Assembly: GCA_963717505.1 (NCBI GenBank)
Contig: OY970342.1
Span: forward strand, 1,056,001-1,120,000
Origin: Candidatus Eiseniibacteriota bacterium
GTDB taxonomy: Bacteria > Eisenbacteria > RBG-16-71-46
Direction of reading: 5' to 3'
DNA: 64,000 bases
Position 1 is the first letter of the stretch, and each line of letters starts with the position of its first letter. The translations under genes were made by a program, and so were the position numbers. The notes under the pieces were generated by a model that did no database searches, was not told the DNA's origin, and worked only from the letters and a program-made list of their open reading frames with translations. Positions 49,685-59,267 of the stretch are shown here, one piece after another.

Positions 49685-50894
49685 CTAGCGTCGCGCTCCG
49701 GCCGGGACACTCACGCGCTCGCGGATCCGGCGCGCGGCCTCCTCGATGTCCTCGCGTCGCGTGGCCAGCGACATGCGCACCCGCGTCGTGTACTCCGGTC
49801 CGAATGCCGTGCCCGGCAGACACCGCCACGCCCATGCCCAGCCACTCGTCGGCCAGCGCCCACAAGTCGCCCGACATGGCGCCCGAGACGTCGGGGTACG
49901 CGTAAAACGCGCCCTTGGGCACCGGAACGGTGACCACGGCCTGCCCCGCGAGCCCGCTCAGCAGCAGGTCGCGGCGTTCCTGGTAGGCGGCGCGCATGCG
50001 CTCGGCTTCGTCCTGAGGTCCGGTGACCGCGGCGAGTGCGGCGCTCTGGACCGACGGGAACACCCCGTGGGTCGAATAGAACGACAGGATCGGCCCGGCG
50101 ATCGAGCGCAGCGCCGGCGGCGACACCAGGTAGCCGATGCGCCAGCCGGTCATGGAATAGGTCTTCGAGAACGTGTAGGCGCTGAGCGTGCGCTCGGCCA
50201 TGCCGGGGAGCGAAGCCATGCTGATGTGCTGGGTGCCATCGAACAGGATGTGCTCGTAGGCCTCGTCGCTGACCACCCAGAGGTCGCGCTCGATCGCCAC
50301 CGCCGCCAGCGCCGCCAGGTGCTCGCGCGACAGGACGAGGCCGGTGGGATTGTTGGGCGAGTTCAGGTAGATGCCGCGGGTTTCCGGGCGCAGCGCGTCA
50401 CGAACCCGCGCCGCGAACTCCTCGGGGGTCCAGCGCCCTTCGAGAATCTCGAGGTAGGCGGGCATCGTCCGCATGCGGGCGCCGTCGATGAAGCCGACCA
50501 GCTTCGGGATCGCCATCCAGTGCGGGGACAGCACCAGCAGCTCGTCACCGGCGCCGAGCAGCGCCTGGAACGCGATGAACAACGCGTGGGTACCGCCGAG
50601 TGTGATCACGACGTCGTCCGGCTCGCACGTGATGCGGTTCTCGCGCGCGAGCTTGGCGACCAGCGCTTCGCGCAGCGGCAGCGAGCCGCGGGCGTCGGGG
50701 TAGTGGGTCTCGCCGTTGCGCGCCGCTCGGGCCAGGGCTTCCACGATGTGCGCCGGAGTGTCGAAGTCGGGCTCGCCGCGCTCGAGATGGATCACGCGCT
50801 CGCCGGCGGCTTCGCGCACACGCGCCGCGGCCATGATCCGGCCGAGCTCGGAGGTCATGCGCAGAAGGGATCGGTCGGCGACGAGGCGTGGCAT
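49685..50894 (-). CDS. Class I/II PLP aminotransferase (AspAT-like), apparent +1 frameshift near 49820
   Basis: GEPDFDTP, NSPNNPTG, SDEAY, SKTYSMTGWRIGY; removing one base gives VLPGTAFG..VRMSLAT..TAG at 49685. Confidence 0.88.
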
Positions 50895-50962
50895 GGCGGA
50901 CTCCCGGGTGGACTGCGTCGGAACCGGACTCGGACGAGGCATGCAGATTAGCATGCCCGTCA

Positions 50963-50978
50963 CGGCATGCTGCTTGCC
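50963..50978 (+). promoter_or_regulatory. Sigma-54-type promoter (CGGCATGCTGCTTGCC)
   Basis: GG-N10-GC with TTGC, about 50 nt before ATG 51027. Confidence 0.6.
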
Positions 50979-51026
50979 CTGACCGGCCTGGGAAGCTGGA
51001 AGGCCGCAGTCAGGGAGGATTAGGCC

Positions 51027-52421
51027 ATGTCGAAATTCGATCTGCGCGACGTCTCGGAACGGCTGGCCCGATCGCGGGATACCGAGACGGTCATCCACGA
51101 GTTCTTGAGCTATCTACAGTCGATGCGCCCGGATTGGCGGGCCACCCTGGCCTTCTACGAGGTCAGCCAGGACTCCTTCGTCTCGGTCTACGAGGTGGCG
51201 CCCCAGGGTCTGATGCGGCGCGACGTCCGCATCCCGATGAACCAGCTTCCCCCTCGACTCGTGCGAAAATTCTTTCACCCCAGTGCATTTTTCAATCAGG
51301 CCGAACGCCGCTCGATGCTCAACCAGCTCCTGCAGACCTCCCCGGCCTACGAGCCCGACAGCCTCGAAGCGCCGCAGATGCGGTCCCTGGTTTCGCTGCC
51401 CTACTGGCAATCGTGCATGTGTCTGGCCATGTCCGACCACGACGACATCTTTGGCGTCCTGGTGATCGCGAGCGAGAAGAAGAACGCGTTCGGCAGCCGA
51501 GTGGTCGGCGAGGTCATCCCGATTCGCAGCATGGCGTCGCTGGCGATCGCGCAGCACCTGCACCGCTCGCGCACGGTGACCCCGCCCAGCACCGAGTCGA
51601 CCACGCGCGCGGTCGCCGCCGAGTTTCAGGAGCGCGTGCGCACGCTCGCCCAGCAGACCGCGGAACTCCAGGCCGACAACCGCAAGAAGGCCGCCGACCT
51701 CGAGCGCATCAACGCCGAGCGTGGCGCGCTCGAGAAGAGTTCGACGGATTACCGCGACGAGCTGGAGCGGACGAAGAGCTCGCTGCTGGCGCTCGAAGAG
51801 CAGACCGCCGCCGCGACCATCCACCTGAACGACGCCTACGTTCAGCTCACCGAGTCGGAGAGCAAGGTGGGCGGACTCGAGCAGACGGTGGAGTTCCTGC
51901 ACCAGACCTTCCAGGTCCTGGCGCAGGAGCACGACCCCGAGGCGCTGGCCCCGACCCTGGTCGAGTGGTTCTGCGAGCACTTCGAGCTGGAGCGCTGCAG
52001 CCTGATGCGTCTGGCGCCCGACAACGAAACCCTTTGGATCGCCGCGCAGTGCGGAATGGACCCCTCGATCGTGAACCGCGTCCGCGTGCGCATCGGTCAG
52101 GGCGTGGCCGGGTGGGTCGCCCACCACGGCAAGCCTCTGCTGGTGCGAACCAAAGAGGCGGCGACCGCGATGCACACGGGTAAGGACACCTACAACTCCG
52201 ACTCCTTCATTTCGGTGCCGATCGTCTACTCGAATCGCGTGTTCGGCGTGCTCAACCTGAGCAACAAGCGCGATGGCGAGCCGTTCGACGACCAGGACCT
52301 GGATCGCGCGTTGATGATGTCCACCCTGATCGCGATGAACTTCGCGTTGAGCGAGTCCGGCCGGGGGATGTCGGTGGAAGAGCTGGCGACGCAGCTACGG
52401 TCGGCGGGCGACTCTTCCTAG
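51027..52421 (+). CDS. GAF-like / coiled-coil / GAF protein without output domain
   Basis: RBS GGAGG; C-terminal GAF GQGVAGWVA..SFISVPI..GVLNLSNKRDGEPF; heptad-rich middle. Confidence 0.85.
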   Translation: MSKFDLRDVSERLARSRDTETVIHEFLSYLQSMRPDWRATLAFYEVSQDSFVSVYEVAPQGLMRRDVRIPMNQLPPRLVRKFFHPSAFFNQAERRSMLNQLLQTSPAYEPDSLEAPQMRSLVSLPYWQSCMCLAMSDHDDIFGVLVIASEKKNAFGSRVVGEVIPIRSMASLAIAQHLHRSRTVTPPSTESTTRAVAAEFQERVRTLAQQTAELQADNRKKAADLERINAERGALEKSSTDYRDELERTKSSLLALEEQTAAATIHLNDAYVQLTESESKVGGLEQTVEFLHQTFQVLAQEHDPEALAPTLVEWFCEHFELERCSLMRLAPDNETLWIAAQCGMDPSIVNRVRVRIGQGVAGWVAHHGKPLLVRTKEAATAMHTGKDTYNSDSFISVPIVYSNRVFGVLNLSNKRDGEPFDDQDLDRALMMSTLIAMNFALSESGRGMSVEELATQLRSAGDSS

Positions 52422-52963
52422 TTTCGGCCGCGGCGGCCGGCCGTGGGTCGGCGCGCCCCGGGGACGCGATAGAACTCCGCCAGCGCCTGCGTGTGCGAAC
52501 GAAACGCCAGGGGCGCGGGCAAGCGGCCGGGGTCGAAATAGCCGGCCTCGATCGCGTCGTCTCCGGGCTTGAGTCGTCCGGCTTCCCGTTCGGCGCGGAA
52601 CAGAATCAGGATCGAGCGCGTGCGCGGGTCGTCGGTGCCGGCGTAGACGCCGAACAAGCCGGTCAGCTTGCCGCGGATGCCGGTCTCCTCGTGCAGCTCA
52701 CGCAGCGCGCACGCTTCGGGCGTCTCGCCGAATTCCATGAATCCCGCGGGCAGGCACCAGGCGCCGGCGCGCGGATCGAAGCGGCGGCGAACCAGCAGCA
52801 TGGCCCCGCGCCACTCGAGCAGGACGCCGGCCGCGGGAACCGGGTTTCGATAATGGATGTATCCGCACGCGGCACAGGTCGGCCTGAGGGTGCCGTGTTC
52901 ATCCTGTAGGGAGAGCTCGGTCGCGCAGTAGGGGCAGAAGCGAACGGCGGAGCGCGGAGACAT
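52418..52963 (-). CDS. NUDIX hydrolase with N-terminal zinc ribbon
   Basis: FCPYCA..CAACGYIHYRNP; Nudix box GFMEFGETPEACALRELHEETG. Confidence 0.92.
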   Translation of the reverse strand: MSPRSAVRFCPYCATELSLQDEHGTLRPTCAACGYIHYRNPVPAAGVLLEWRGAMLLVRRRFDPRAGAWCLPAGFMEFGETPEACALRELHEETGIRGKLTGLFGVYAGTDDPRTRSILILFRAEREAGRLKPGDDAIEAGYFDPGRLPAPLAFRSHTQALAEFYRVPGARRPTAGRRGRN

Positions 52964-53007
52964 AGGGGCGCGACGCTACGCAAGCGCGAACGCGCCTGCA
53001 AGAACAG

Positions 53008-53127
53008 GGCAGGGCCCGGAAGGGAGCGCCGCGCTGCACCAAGCCGCCGTTTGCTGCGATATCGCCCCTTGCGTGCACCTTGCGGTGCCGGCGACTCGGA
53101 TCGACGCTCCCTCTCGGACCTGCTGCC
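53008..53127 (-). ncRNA. Candidate structured RNA (long rod with GNRA hairpin)
   Basis: Outer ~24-bp and inner 11-bp stems with five G-U pairs on the minus strand; GCACC-GCAA-GGTGC hairpin. Confidence 0.45.
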
Positions 53128-53139
53128 TACCTTTACCCG

Positions 53140-54123
53140 CTAGTTCCCCCGGAGTTCCTGAAGTTCCTGACGGAGACGGTCCAATTCCCGACGAAGATTC
53201 TGGAGCTCCCGCTGGAGGTCCTCGTCGTTGCCCCGAATCCGGACGACCGGGCCGTCGTCGTCGAAGGCGAACGACCGGTAGCCGCGGTGCGTGCGGGCCG
53301 CCCGCGGCTCGTCCAGCTCCGCGGTGAGTGTCTGCCGCGCCCCGCGGCGCAGCACCTCGAACGCCACCTTGCCCTCACGCTCACGGATCTCGCGCATCAG
53401 GTCGTCGCTGTTCGCGATCGCGTCGTCGCCGACCTTCACGACCACGTCGCCCGAGCGGAATCCCGCCTTTTCGGCGGCCGAGCCTTCGACCACCTCGAGC
53501 ACCAGGGCGCCCTTTCCCTCCGGGGCCTTGAAGTACTCCGCGAGATCCTTGTTCATGTCCTGGACGCGCACGCCGAGCCGGCCGTGCCCGAGCGAGAACT
53601 CGAACCCGGAGAGATCACCGAGATCGCGGGTCATGCGCCGGATCTTGTGCTCGTCGGGGATGACGACATGGAACGAACCGCTGTCGCCCTCGTCGTCATC
53701 GTCGTCGCCTTCATCACTCCATTCGGAGCGCGATCCCAGCTTGACCGAGAGCGTCTGGCGACTGCCGTCGCGCAGGACGCGGATCGCGACCGTGTCGCCG
53801 GCCTTGCGCGCGCGGATGATCTCGGTGAACGCGTCGCTGGTCTCGACCGCGCGGTCGTTGACCGTGAGGATCACGTCACCCTTGCGCAGCCCTGAGCGAT
53901 CCGCCGGGCTGTCGTCGATCACCTGGCTGACGAGCACGCCGTTCGCCTGAACGCCGAGGGCTTCGCGCAGGTCGTCGGTCAGTTCCTGCGTGTAGACCCC
54001 GAGCCAGCCGGGTTCCGCGCTCGGCGTGCTCTGCTCGCGGGTCCCCTGGGCGAACGCCACGCCCACGATTGCCACTGAAGCGAGCATCGCGCCCGCCCAT
54101 TTCCACGCTGCCGTTCGTCGCAT
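53140..54123 (-). CDS. Exported tandem-PDZ protein without protease domain
   Basis: Signal peptide; GWLGV..SPADRSGLRKGDVI; GRLGV..SAAEKAGFRSGDVV; C-terminal coiled coil. Confidence 0.88.
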   Translation of the reverse strand: MRRTAAWKWAGAMLASVAIVGVAFAQGTREQSTPSAEPGWLGVYTQELTDDLREALGVQANGVLVSQVIDDSPADRSGLRKGDVILTVNDRAVETSDAFTEIIRARKAGDTVAIRVLRDGSRQTLSVKLGSRSEWSDEGDDDDDEGDSGSFHVVIPDEHKIRRMTRDLGDLSGFEFSLGHGRLGVRVQDMNKDLAEYFKAPEGKGALVLEVVEGSAAEKAGFRSGDVVVKVGDDAIANSDDLMREIREREGKVAFEVLRRGARQTLTAELDEPRAARTHRGYRSFAFDDDGPVVRIRGNDEDLQRELQNLRRELDRLRQELQELRGN

Positions 54124-54249
54124 TGGATCAACCCCCTGTGCTAGCGTCCAGCGCCTTCCGGCCAGCCGTGCCATCTTCAGACCACCAGGCCCGTGCCCCG
54201 GTTCCAGGAACTTCCCGCGCTTCGCCGATTCAGATACGGCGCCCCGCCC

Positions 54250-55650
54250 ATGAAGGTCAATGAGCTGTTAAACGTCGATGTCACCGACCTCGCGGTGGGG
54301 GGGCAGGCCATTGCCCGCCACGAGGGCCGGGTGGTTTTCGTCGACCGCGGGCTGCCCGGGGACCGCCTCGGGGTCCGCGTCCGCCGCGTGCACCGGCGCT
54401 ATGCCGAGGCCCGCCTGGTGCGGATCGAGACCGACTCCCCCCTGCGGGTCCCGGCGCCCTGCCCTCACGTTACGGTGTGCGGGGGGTGCCGGTTCCAGGA
54501 CCTCGACTACACCGAGCAGTGCCGGGTCAAGACCCGGATGGTCCGGGAGGCCCTGACTCACCTCGGAGGCTTCGCCGACCCGCCCGTCGCCGACATTGTT
54601 CCGGCCCCTTCGGTGTTCGGCTACCGGAACAAGATGGAGTTCGCCTTCCATCCGGACTCAGCGGGCGGTCCCGTCCTCGGGCTCCACGAGCGCGGCGCCT
54701 TCGACCGGGTGTTCGCGCTCGAAACCTGCCTGCTCTGCTCCGAGCTGACCCGCGACGTCGTCCGCCACACGCAGCGCTTTGCCATCGAGCAGCGTTGGCG
54801 CGCGTACCACGCGCGACACCATCAGGGCGTCGTTCGCTTCCTCACCGTGCGTCACCTGCCGCACACCGACCAATGTGCGGTCCACCTGATCGCGGCGTCG
54901 CCGGAGATCCCGGGGCTCGAGGCCTGGGCCGCGGGTGTCGCGGCGTTGTCGCCCGCGGTGCGCACCGTATCGCTCGCGCTCAATCGCTCGCGATCGAATG
55001 TCGCGTTGGGCGAAGACGAGAAGCTGCTGCACGGCGACGGCCTGGTGGTCGAGCGTCTGCTCGGGCTCGAGTTCGAAGCCGGGCTGGCGTCGTTCCTCCA
55101 GACCAACAGCACGCAGGCCGAAGCGTTGTATCACGCGGCGATCGACGCCGCGGAACTGACCGGCGCCGAAACCGTGCTCGACCTCTATTGCGGCACCGGA
55201 ACGCTGACCCTTGCGTTCGCGCAACGCGCGCGCGCCGCGGTCGGTGTCGAATCGGTCCCGCAGGCCGTGACCGGTGCGCGTCGAAACGCCGGGCGCAACC
55301 GCATCGGCAACGCATCGTTCGTCGAAGGCGAAGCGCGCGCCGTGCTGCGCCAGTGGGCCCGTGGCGAGCGTCCGGACGCGCCGCGTCCCGAGGTCGTGGT
55401 GGTGGATCCGCCGCGCGCCGGACTTCACCCGCGGGTGGTCGCGCGCGTCACCGAACTCGCGCCTCGACGCATCGTCTATGTCTCCTGCAATCCGGCGACT
55501 CTAGCCCGCGACCTGAGGGATTTCGCCCAACGCGGCTTCGTCCTGGCGGAGCTCAGGCCGTTCGACATGTTCCCGCACACGCCGCACATCGAGTCCGTGG
55601 CGCGGCTCGAACCCGGCTCGGCCACCCTTTCCGATGTGGCAACGGGCTGA
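54250..55650 (+). CDS. rlmD: 23S rRNA (uracil-C5)-methyltransferase
   Basis: TRAM domain, CPHVTVCGGC, YRNK, LDLYCGTG, DPPRAG, YVSCNPATLARD, DMFPHTPHIE. Confidence 0.93.
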   Translation: MKVNELLNVDVTDLAVGGQAIARHEGRVVFVDRGLPGDRLGVRVRRVHRRYAEARLVRIETDSPLRVPAPCPHVTVCGGCRFQDLDYTEQCRVKTRMVREALTHLGGFADPPVADIVPAPSVFGYRNKMEFAFHPDSAGGPVLGLHERGAFDRVFALETCLLCSELTRDVVRHTQRFAIEQRWRAYHARHHQGVVRFLTVRHLPHTDQCAVHLIAASPEIPGLEAWAAGVAALSPAVRTVSLALNRSRSNVALGEDEKLLHGDGLVVERLLGLEFEAGLASFLQTNSTQAEALYHAAIDAAELTGAETVLDLYCGTGTLTLAFAQRARAAVGVESVPQAVTGARRNAGRNRIGNASFVEGEARAVLRQWARGERPDAPRPEVVVVDPPRAGLHPRVVARVTELAPRRIVYVSCNPATLARDLRDFAQRGFVLAELRPFDMFPHTPHIESVARLEPGSATLSDVATG

Positions 55651-55687
55651 CATGCCGGGGCGCCGGCGATGCTACTTTGGTAGGTCG

Positions 55688-56467
55688 ATGAGGCCATCTC
55701 CGCTTCAGATCCGACGCGCCGGTCACGGGTCGAGGGCGTTCCTTCGCTCTGCCTTCGCCGTGGCCGCGCTCGTTTCGGGAACGGCCGGCCTGGTATCCAG
55801 TGCCGAAGTCGACTACGGCTCGTATGCGGTTTCGATCAAGGGCACGGCCGTCGGCATCGAGGAATTCGTGTTCGACGTCTACCGCGACACGATCATGATC
55901 ACCGGCGCCTCGCGAACCCTGGTTCAGACGCAGAACGGCCCCGACACCCTCAAGAAGTCCGTGTCCGTCATGCTGAGCTCGTTCGACATGGCGCTGCTCA
56001 GCTACCAGTCCAACGAAGCCATCGCCGGCAACCTCCGGACCCGCGGGCTGGTCATGGCCGACACCCAGTACACCGCCTTCTGGGAGTACAACAAGGTCGG
56101 CGACGCCGTAGTTTTCGACCGCCCCCCGGGGCGACTCTACGTCCATGATCCCGGAGTCTATGTGCTGTTCGACCTGATCGTGCGCGACCTGAACGCGAAG
56201 GAGTTCTCGTCGCGCCCGATCCAGCTCATGGTCCTCGGCCGCCGCGACACCACGATCGAAGCGCAGGTCACTCGCCTGCCGGCGGAGCGAATCCGCTGGG
56301 GACACAAGCCGGTCGAAGCCCGGAAGTACTCGATCAACGACGGCCAGAACGAGCTGATGCTGTGGGTCGACCAGCAGGGTCGACTGCTGCGGCTCGAGCA
56401 GCCGGCCAGCGGTCTGCGAGTCGAGCGCAAAGCGCCCCCGATCAAGACTCCGTCCTCGGGCGGCTAA
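55688..56467 (+). CDS. Exported hypothetical beta-rich protein
   Basis: Signal-like N-terminus; typical codon usage; LWVDQQGRLLRL. Confidence 0.75.
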   Translation: MRPSPLQIRRAGHGSRAFLRSAFAVAALVSGTAGLVSSAEVDYGSYAVSIKGTAVGIEEFVFDVYRDTIMITGASRTLVQTQNGPDTLKKSVSVMLSSFDMALLSYQSNEAIAGNLRTRGLVMADTQYTAFWEYNKVGDAVVFDRPPGRLYVHDPGVYVLFDLIVRDLNAKEFSSRPIQLMVLGRRDTTIEAQVTRLPAERIRWGHKPVEARKYSINDGQNELMLWVDQQGRLLRLEQPASGLRVERKAPPIKTPSSGG

Positions 56468-58001
56468 CCGCCACCGCGCGCCGGCGCCGCTGAACGCGAC
56501 TCCGACCGCGATCGGAGCCACTCGAGCAGCAGCCGAACCCCGAAGCCGGTCGGGCCCCGCGGCTCGAGCGGTTGATCGGTGAATGCCCACGCGGTGCTCG
56601 CGATGTCGAGGTGGGCCCAACGCAGGCCACGCGCGAAGTGCGCGAGGAACGCGGCCGCGATGCAGGCTCCGCCTTCGCGCGACCCGGAATTCTCGAGGTC
56701 CGCGATGCCGCGGCGCAGCTCGTCGGCGTACGACTCCCAGAGCGGCATGCGCCACAGCCGCTCGCCGGCGTGCTCTCCGGCCGCGGCCAGCTCGGCGGCG
56801 AGTTGGTCGTCGGCCGTGAATAGCCCCGCCGCGGCCCGGCCGAGCGCGATGCTGATCGATCCGGTCAGCGTCGCGAGATCGACCACCACTTCGGGCTGAT
56901 AGCGTTTCGCGAAACACAGGGCGTCGGCGAGCAGCAGTCGGCCTTCGGCGTCGGTGTTGACGACGTCGATGGTCGTGCCATCCATCGCGCGCACGATGTC
57001 GCCGGGCTTGAGCGCCCCACCGCCCGGCATGTTCTCGGCGCTGGGGACGAGCCCGACCACGCGAAACGGCGGATCGAGCGTAGGCAGCGCCGCGAACACG
57101 GCGAGCACGGCGGACGCACCCGCCATGTCGTACTTCATGCGGCCCATGCCTTCATTCGGTTTGAGGCTGATGCCACCGGTGTCGAACGTGACCCCCTTGC
57201 CGATGAGCACGACGGTGGGGGTCTTCGCCGAGCGCGGAGTTCTCGTTCGCCCCGGCGTCCCGCGACCGCGCCGCGGATCGCGCTCGAGCACGATGAAGCG
57301 CGGCGGGTGAACACTGCCACGGCCCACCGCGAGCACCGCTCCCATTCCGAGTCGTCGCAACTCGGGCACTCCCAGCACGCGGATGCGCGCCCCGCTGCGA
57401 CGCGCGACCTCCCTCGCGCGCGCGGCCAGCGTTTCGGGGGGCAGGTCCTGACCCGGGGTCGCCACCAGGTCGCGTGCGAAGGTGACGGCGGCGGCGTGCC
57501 GGCGCCGCGTCGAGCCGCGGCGTCCCACTCGGAACGAACCCGGACCGAGCCGGGCGCCACGATTTCGAGCCGGCGCGCGGCCGGTGGCCCGGGGGTACTG
57601 CGGTAGGCAGTGAACCGATAGCCCCCGAGGCAGGCGCCTTCGACTGCGACCTCGACCGCTGTCGCCGCGGGTTCGCCGTGGATCTCGGGAACCTCGAGCG
57701 CGATCGAGGTGGCGCCCAGCTCACGCGCGCGTCGCGCCGCCTGGCCGGCCCACAATCGCACCCGCTGCGCCGTGAGCTCCCGGCGTCGTCCCGCGCCGAC
57801 GACGATGATCCGCCGAGTCGGACGGCGGCCGACCGGCAGTACGGCGACCTCGAGGAAGCGTCCGGAGAAGTCGCCCGAGCGCTCGAGGGCCGCGAGGGCG
57901 GGTCCGGCGCCGGATCGCCGCGGCCGGGGGCCGCTTCGATCCTCGAACCCGGGAACCACACGCGTATCGGCGGTCGACCCCGAGCCGACTCGAATTTTCA
58001 T
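56464..58001 (-). CDS. pepA: Leucyl aminopeptidase (M17), apparent -1 frameshift near 57500
   Basis: N-domain in the 58001 frame (EGACLGGYRF); catalytic GKGVTFDTGG, MKYDMAG, NTDAEGRL, DLATLTG, HLDIA in the 57528 frame. Confidence 0.9.
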
Positions 58002-58236
58002 CCGTCGGACCTCCACCGCAAGTGACAGTAAAGTCGGAGCTTGGTTCCGGCCGATAACTGCGCGTGCCCGCATGGACCGGCGGGACGTTACCGTATCGTC
58101 AAGCGAGAACGAATCCGGTCTTGATCCGGATGCGCTACCACGGGCATGCTGCGCATCGACGAGCTGCTGCGACGGGACACGGAGGTCCTCTCGATCGTGG
58201 GACTCGCGGTCCCCCACACCCCATGGAGGTTGTCTT

Positions 58237-59022
58237 ATGCGTCGTGCCCTTCCCACGCTTGGCTTCTTGCTTCTGGTCGCTGCCCTCGGCACCGGGTGCG
58301 CGAAGCAGGACAGCGCCACGAGTGAAACCACTACGGATAGCTTGCTGGCCACCAATCCCATCGAGCAGCCGCAGGGTGATCTGACACCGCAGGAGGATTA
58401 CAAGCCGGTCGAGGAAGCTCCGCCGGTCGTGACCCCGCCTGCAGCCAAGCCGGCACCGAGCAAGCCGGCACCGAGCAAGCCCACGCCGCCGCCGGCCCCC
58501 AAGGGCGTGACGATCGCCGCGGGAACGCCGATTCAGGTCGAAGTCATGACTGCGCTGACCACTGAAACCGCGCAAGTCGGCGACACCTGGTCGGGTACGG
58601 TCCAGGAGAACATCATCGTCGGCAACGTCGTCGTGATCCCGGCCGGAAGCGTGGTTCACGGCGTGGTCAACGTTTCGAGGGAGGCCGGCGCGGCTAAGAA
58701 GGAAGGCGCCAAGGCGCTGCTCGGCCTGCAGGTCCGGAGCATCGTCGCGAACGGCGAGCAGCACGAGATGAATGCGACCCTCGAGCCGGTCGAAGCCGGC
58801 TCGCCGCGCGCTCGCAACATTGGAGCGGTGGCGGGTGGCGCTGCAGCCGGTGCATTGATCGGCAAGGCGGCGGGCGGCGGCAAGGGCGCTCTGATCGGTG
58901 GCCTGATCGGTGGCGCGGCAGCCGCAACTGGTGTCGCGGCGTCGAAGGGCTACCAGGTCGTGATCAAGGAAGGCACCTCGATCACCTTCACCGTGGACGA
59001 GGACAAGTTCGTCAAGTCCTGA
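58237..59022 (+). CDS. Lipoprotein with Pro-rich linker and glycine zipper
   Basis: RBS GGAGG; lipobox LGTGC; TIAAGTPI..VIPAGSVVHG; GAVAGGAAAGALIG. Confidence 0.85.
   Translation: MRRALPTLGFLLLVAALGTGCAKQDSATSETTTDSLLATNPIEQPQGDLTPQEDYKPVEEAPPVVTPPAAKPAPSKPAPSKPTPPPAPKGVTIAAGTPIQVEVMTALTTETAQVGDTWSGTVQENIIVGNVVVIPAGSVVHGVVNVSREAGAAKKEGAKALLGLQVRSIVANGEQHEMNATLEPVEAGSPRARNIGAVAGGAAAGALIGKAAGGGKGALIGGLIGGAAAATGVAASKGYQVVIKEGTSITFTVDEDKFVKS
58446..58481 (+). repeat. 15-nt tandem repeat (CAAGCCGGCACCGAG x2.4) coding KPAPS
   Basis: Direct inspection. Confidence 0.8.
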
Positions 59023-59046
59023 TCGACTGACGGACTGGAACTCAAG

Positions 59047-59083
59047 CGCGGGCGTCCCCTCGGGGGCGCCCGCGTTGCTGTTT
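59047..59083 (+). terminator. Probable terminator hairpin
   Basis: CGCGGGCGTCCCC/GGGGGCGCCCGCG followed by TTGCTGTTT. Confidence 0.65.
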
Positions 59084-59196
59084 GCGCTGACCCAGGACGT
59101 GCTCGCCGTGGACCGAAGTGTCCTGAACGGTACGGCAGAGACCGGGTCTCCCTCGCGCGGCCATTGCGCCCCAACGGCTTGCCGCGACCCGCTCGG

Positions 59197-59212
59197 TGGC
59201 ATGTGCGGTGCA
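59197..59212 (+). promoter_or_regulatory. Sigma-54-type promoter (TGGCATGTGCGGTGCA)
   Basis: GG-N10-GC about 55 nt before ATG 59268. Confidence 0.55.
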
Positions 59213-59267
59213 GATCAGGCGGAGAGGAAGCTCCCGCCCTGGAGTGTTCGCACCCGTGGAGGACATC

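Noticed and set aside
53008-53031. CAGGGCCCGGAAGGGAGCG resembles SRP RNA helix 8
   Set aside because: It has AGCG instead of the conserved AGCA, an extra G, and no flanking SRP stem. It pairs instead with 53102-53127, so it is not called ffs.
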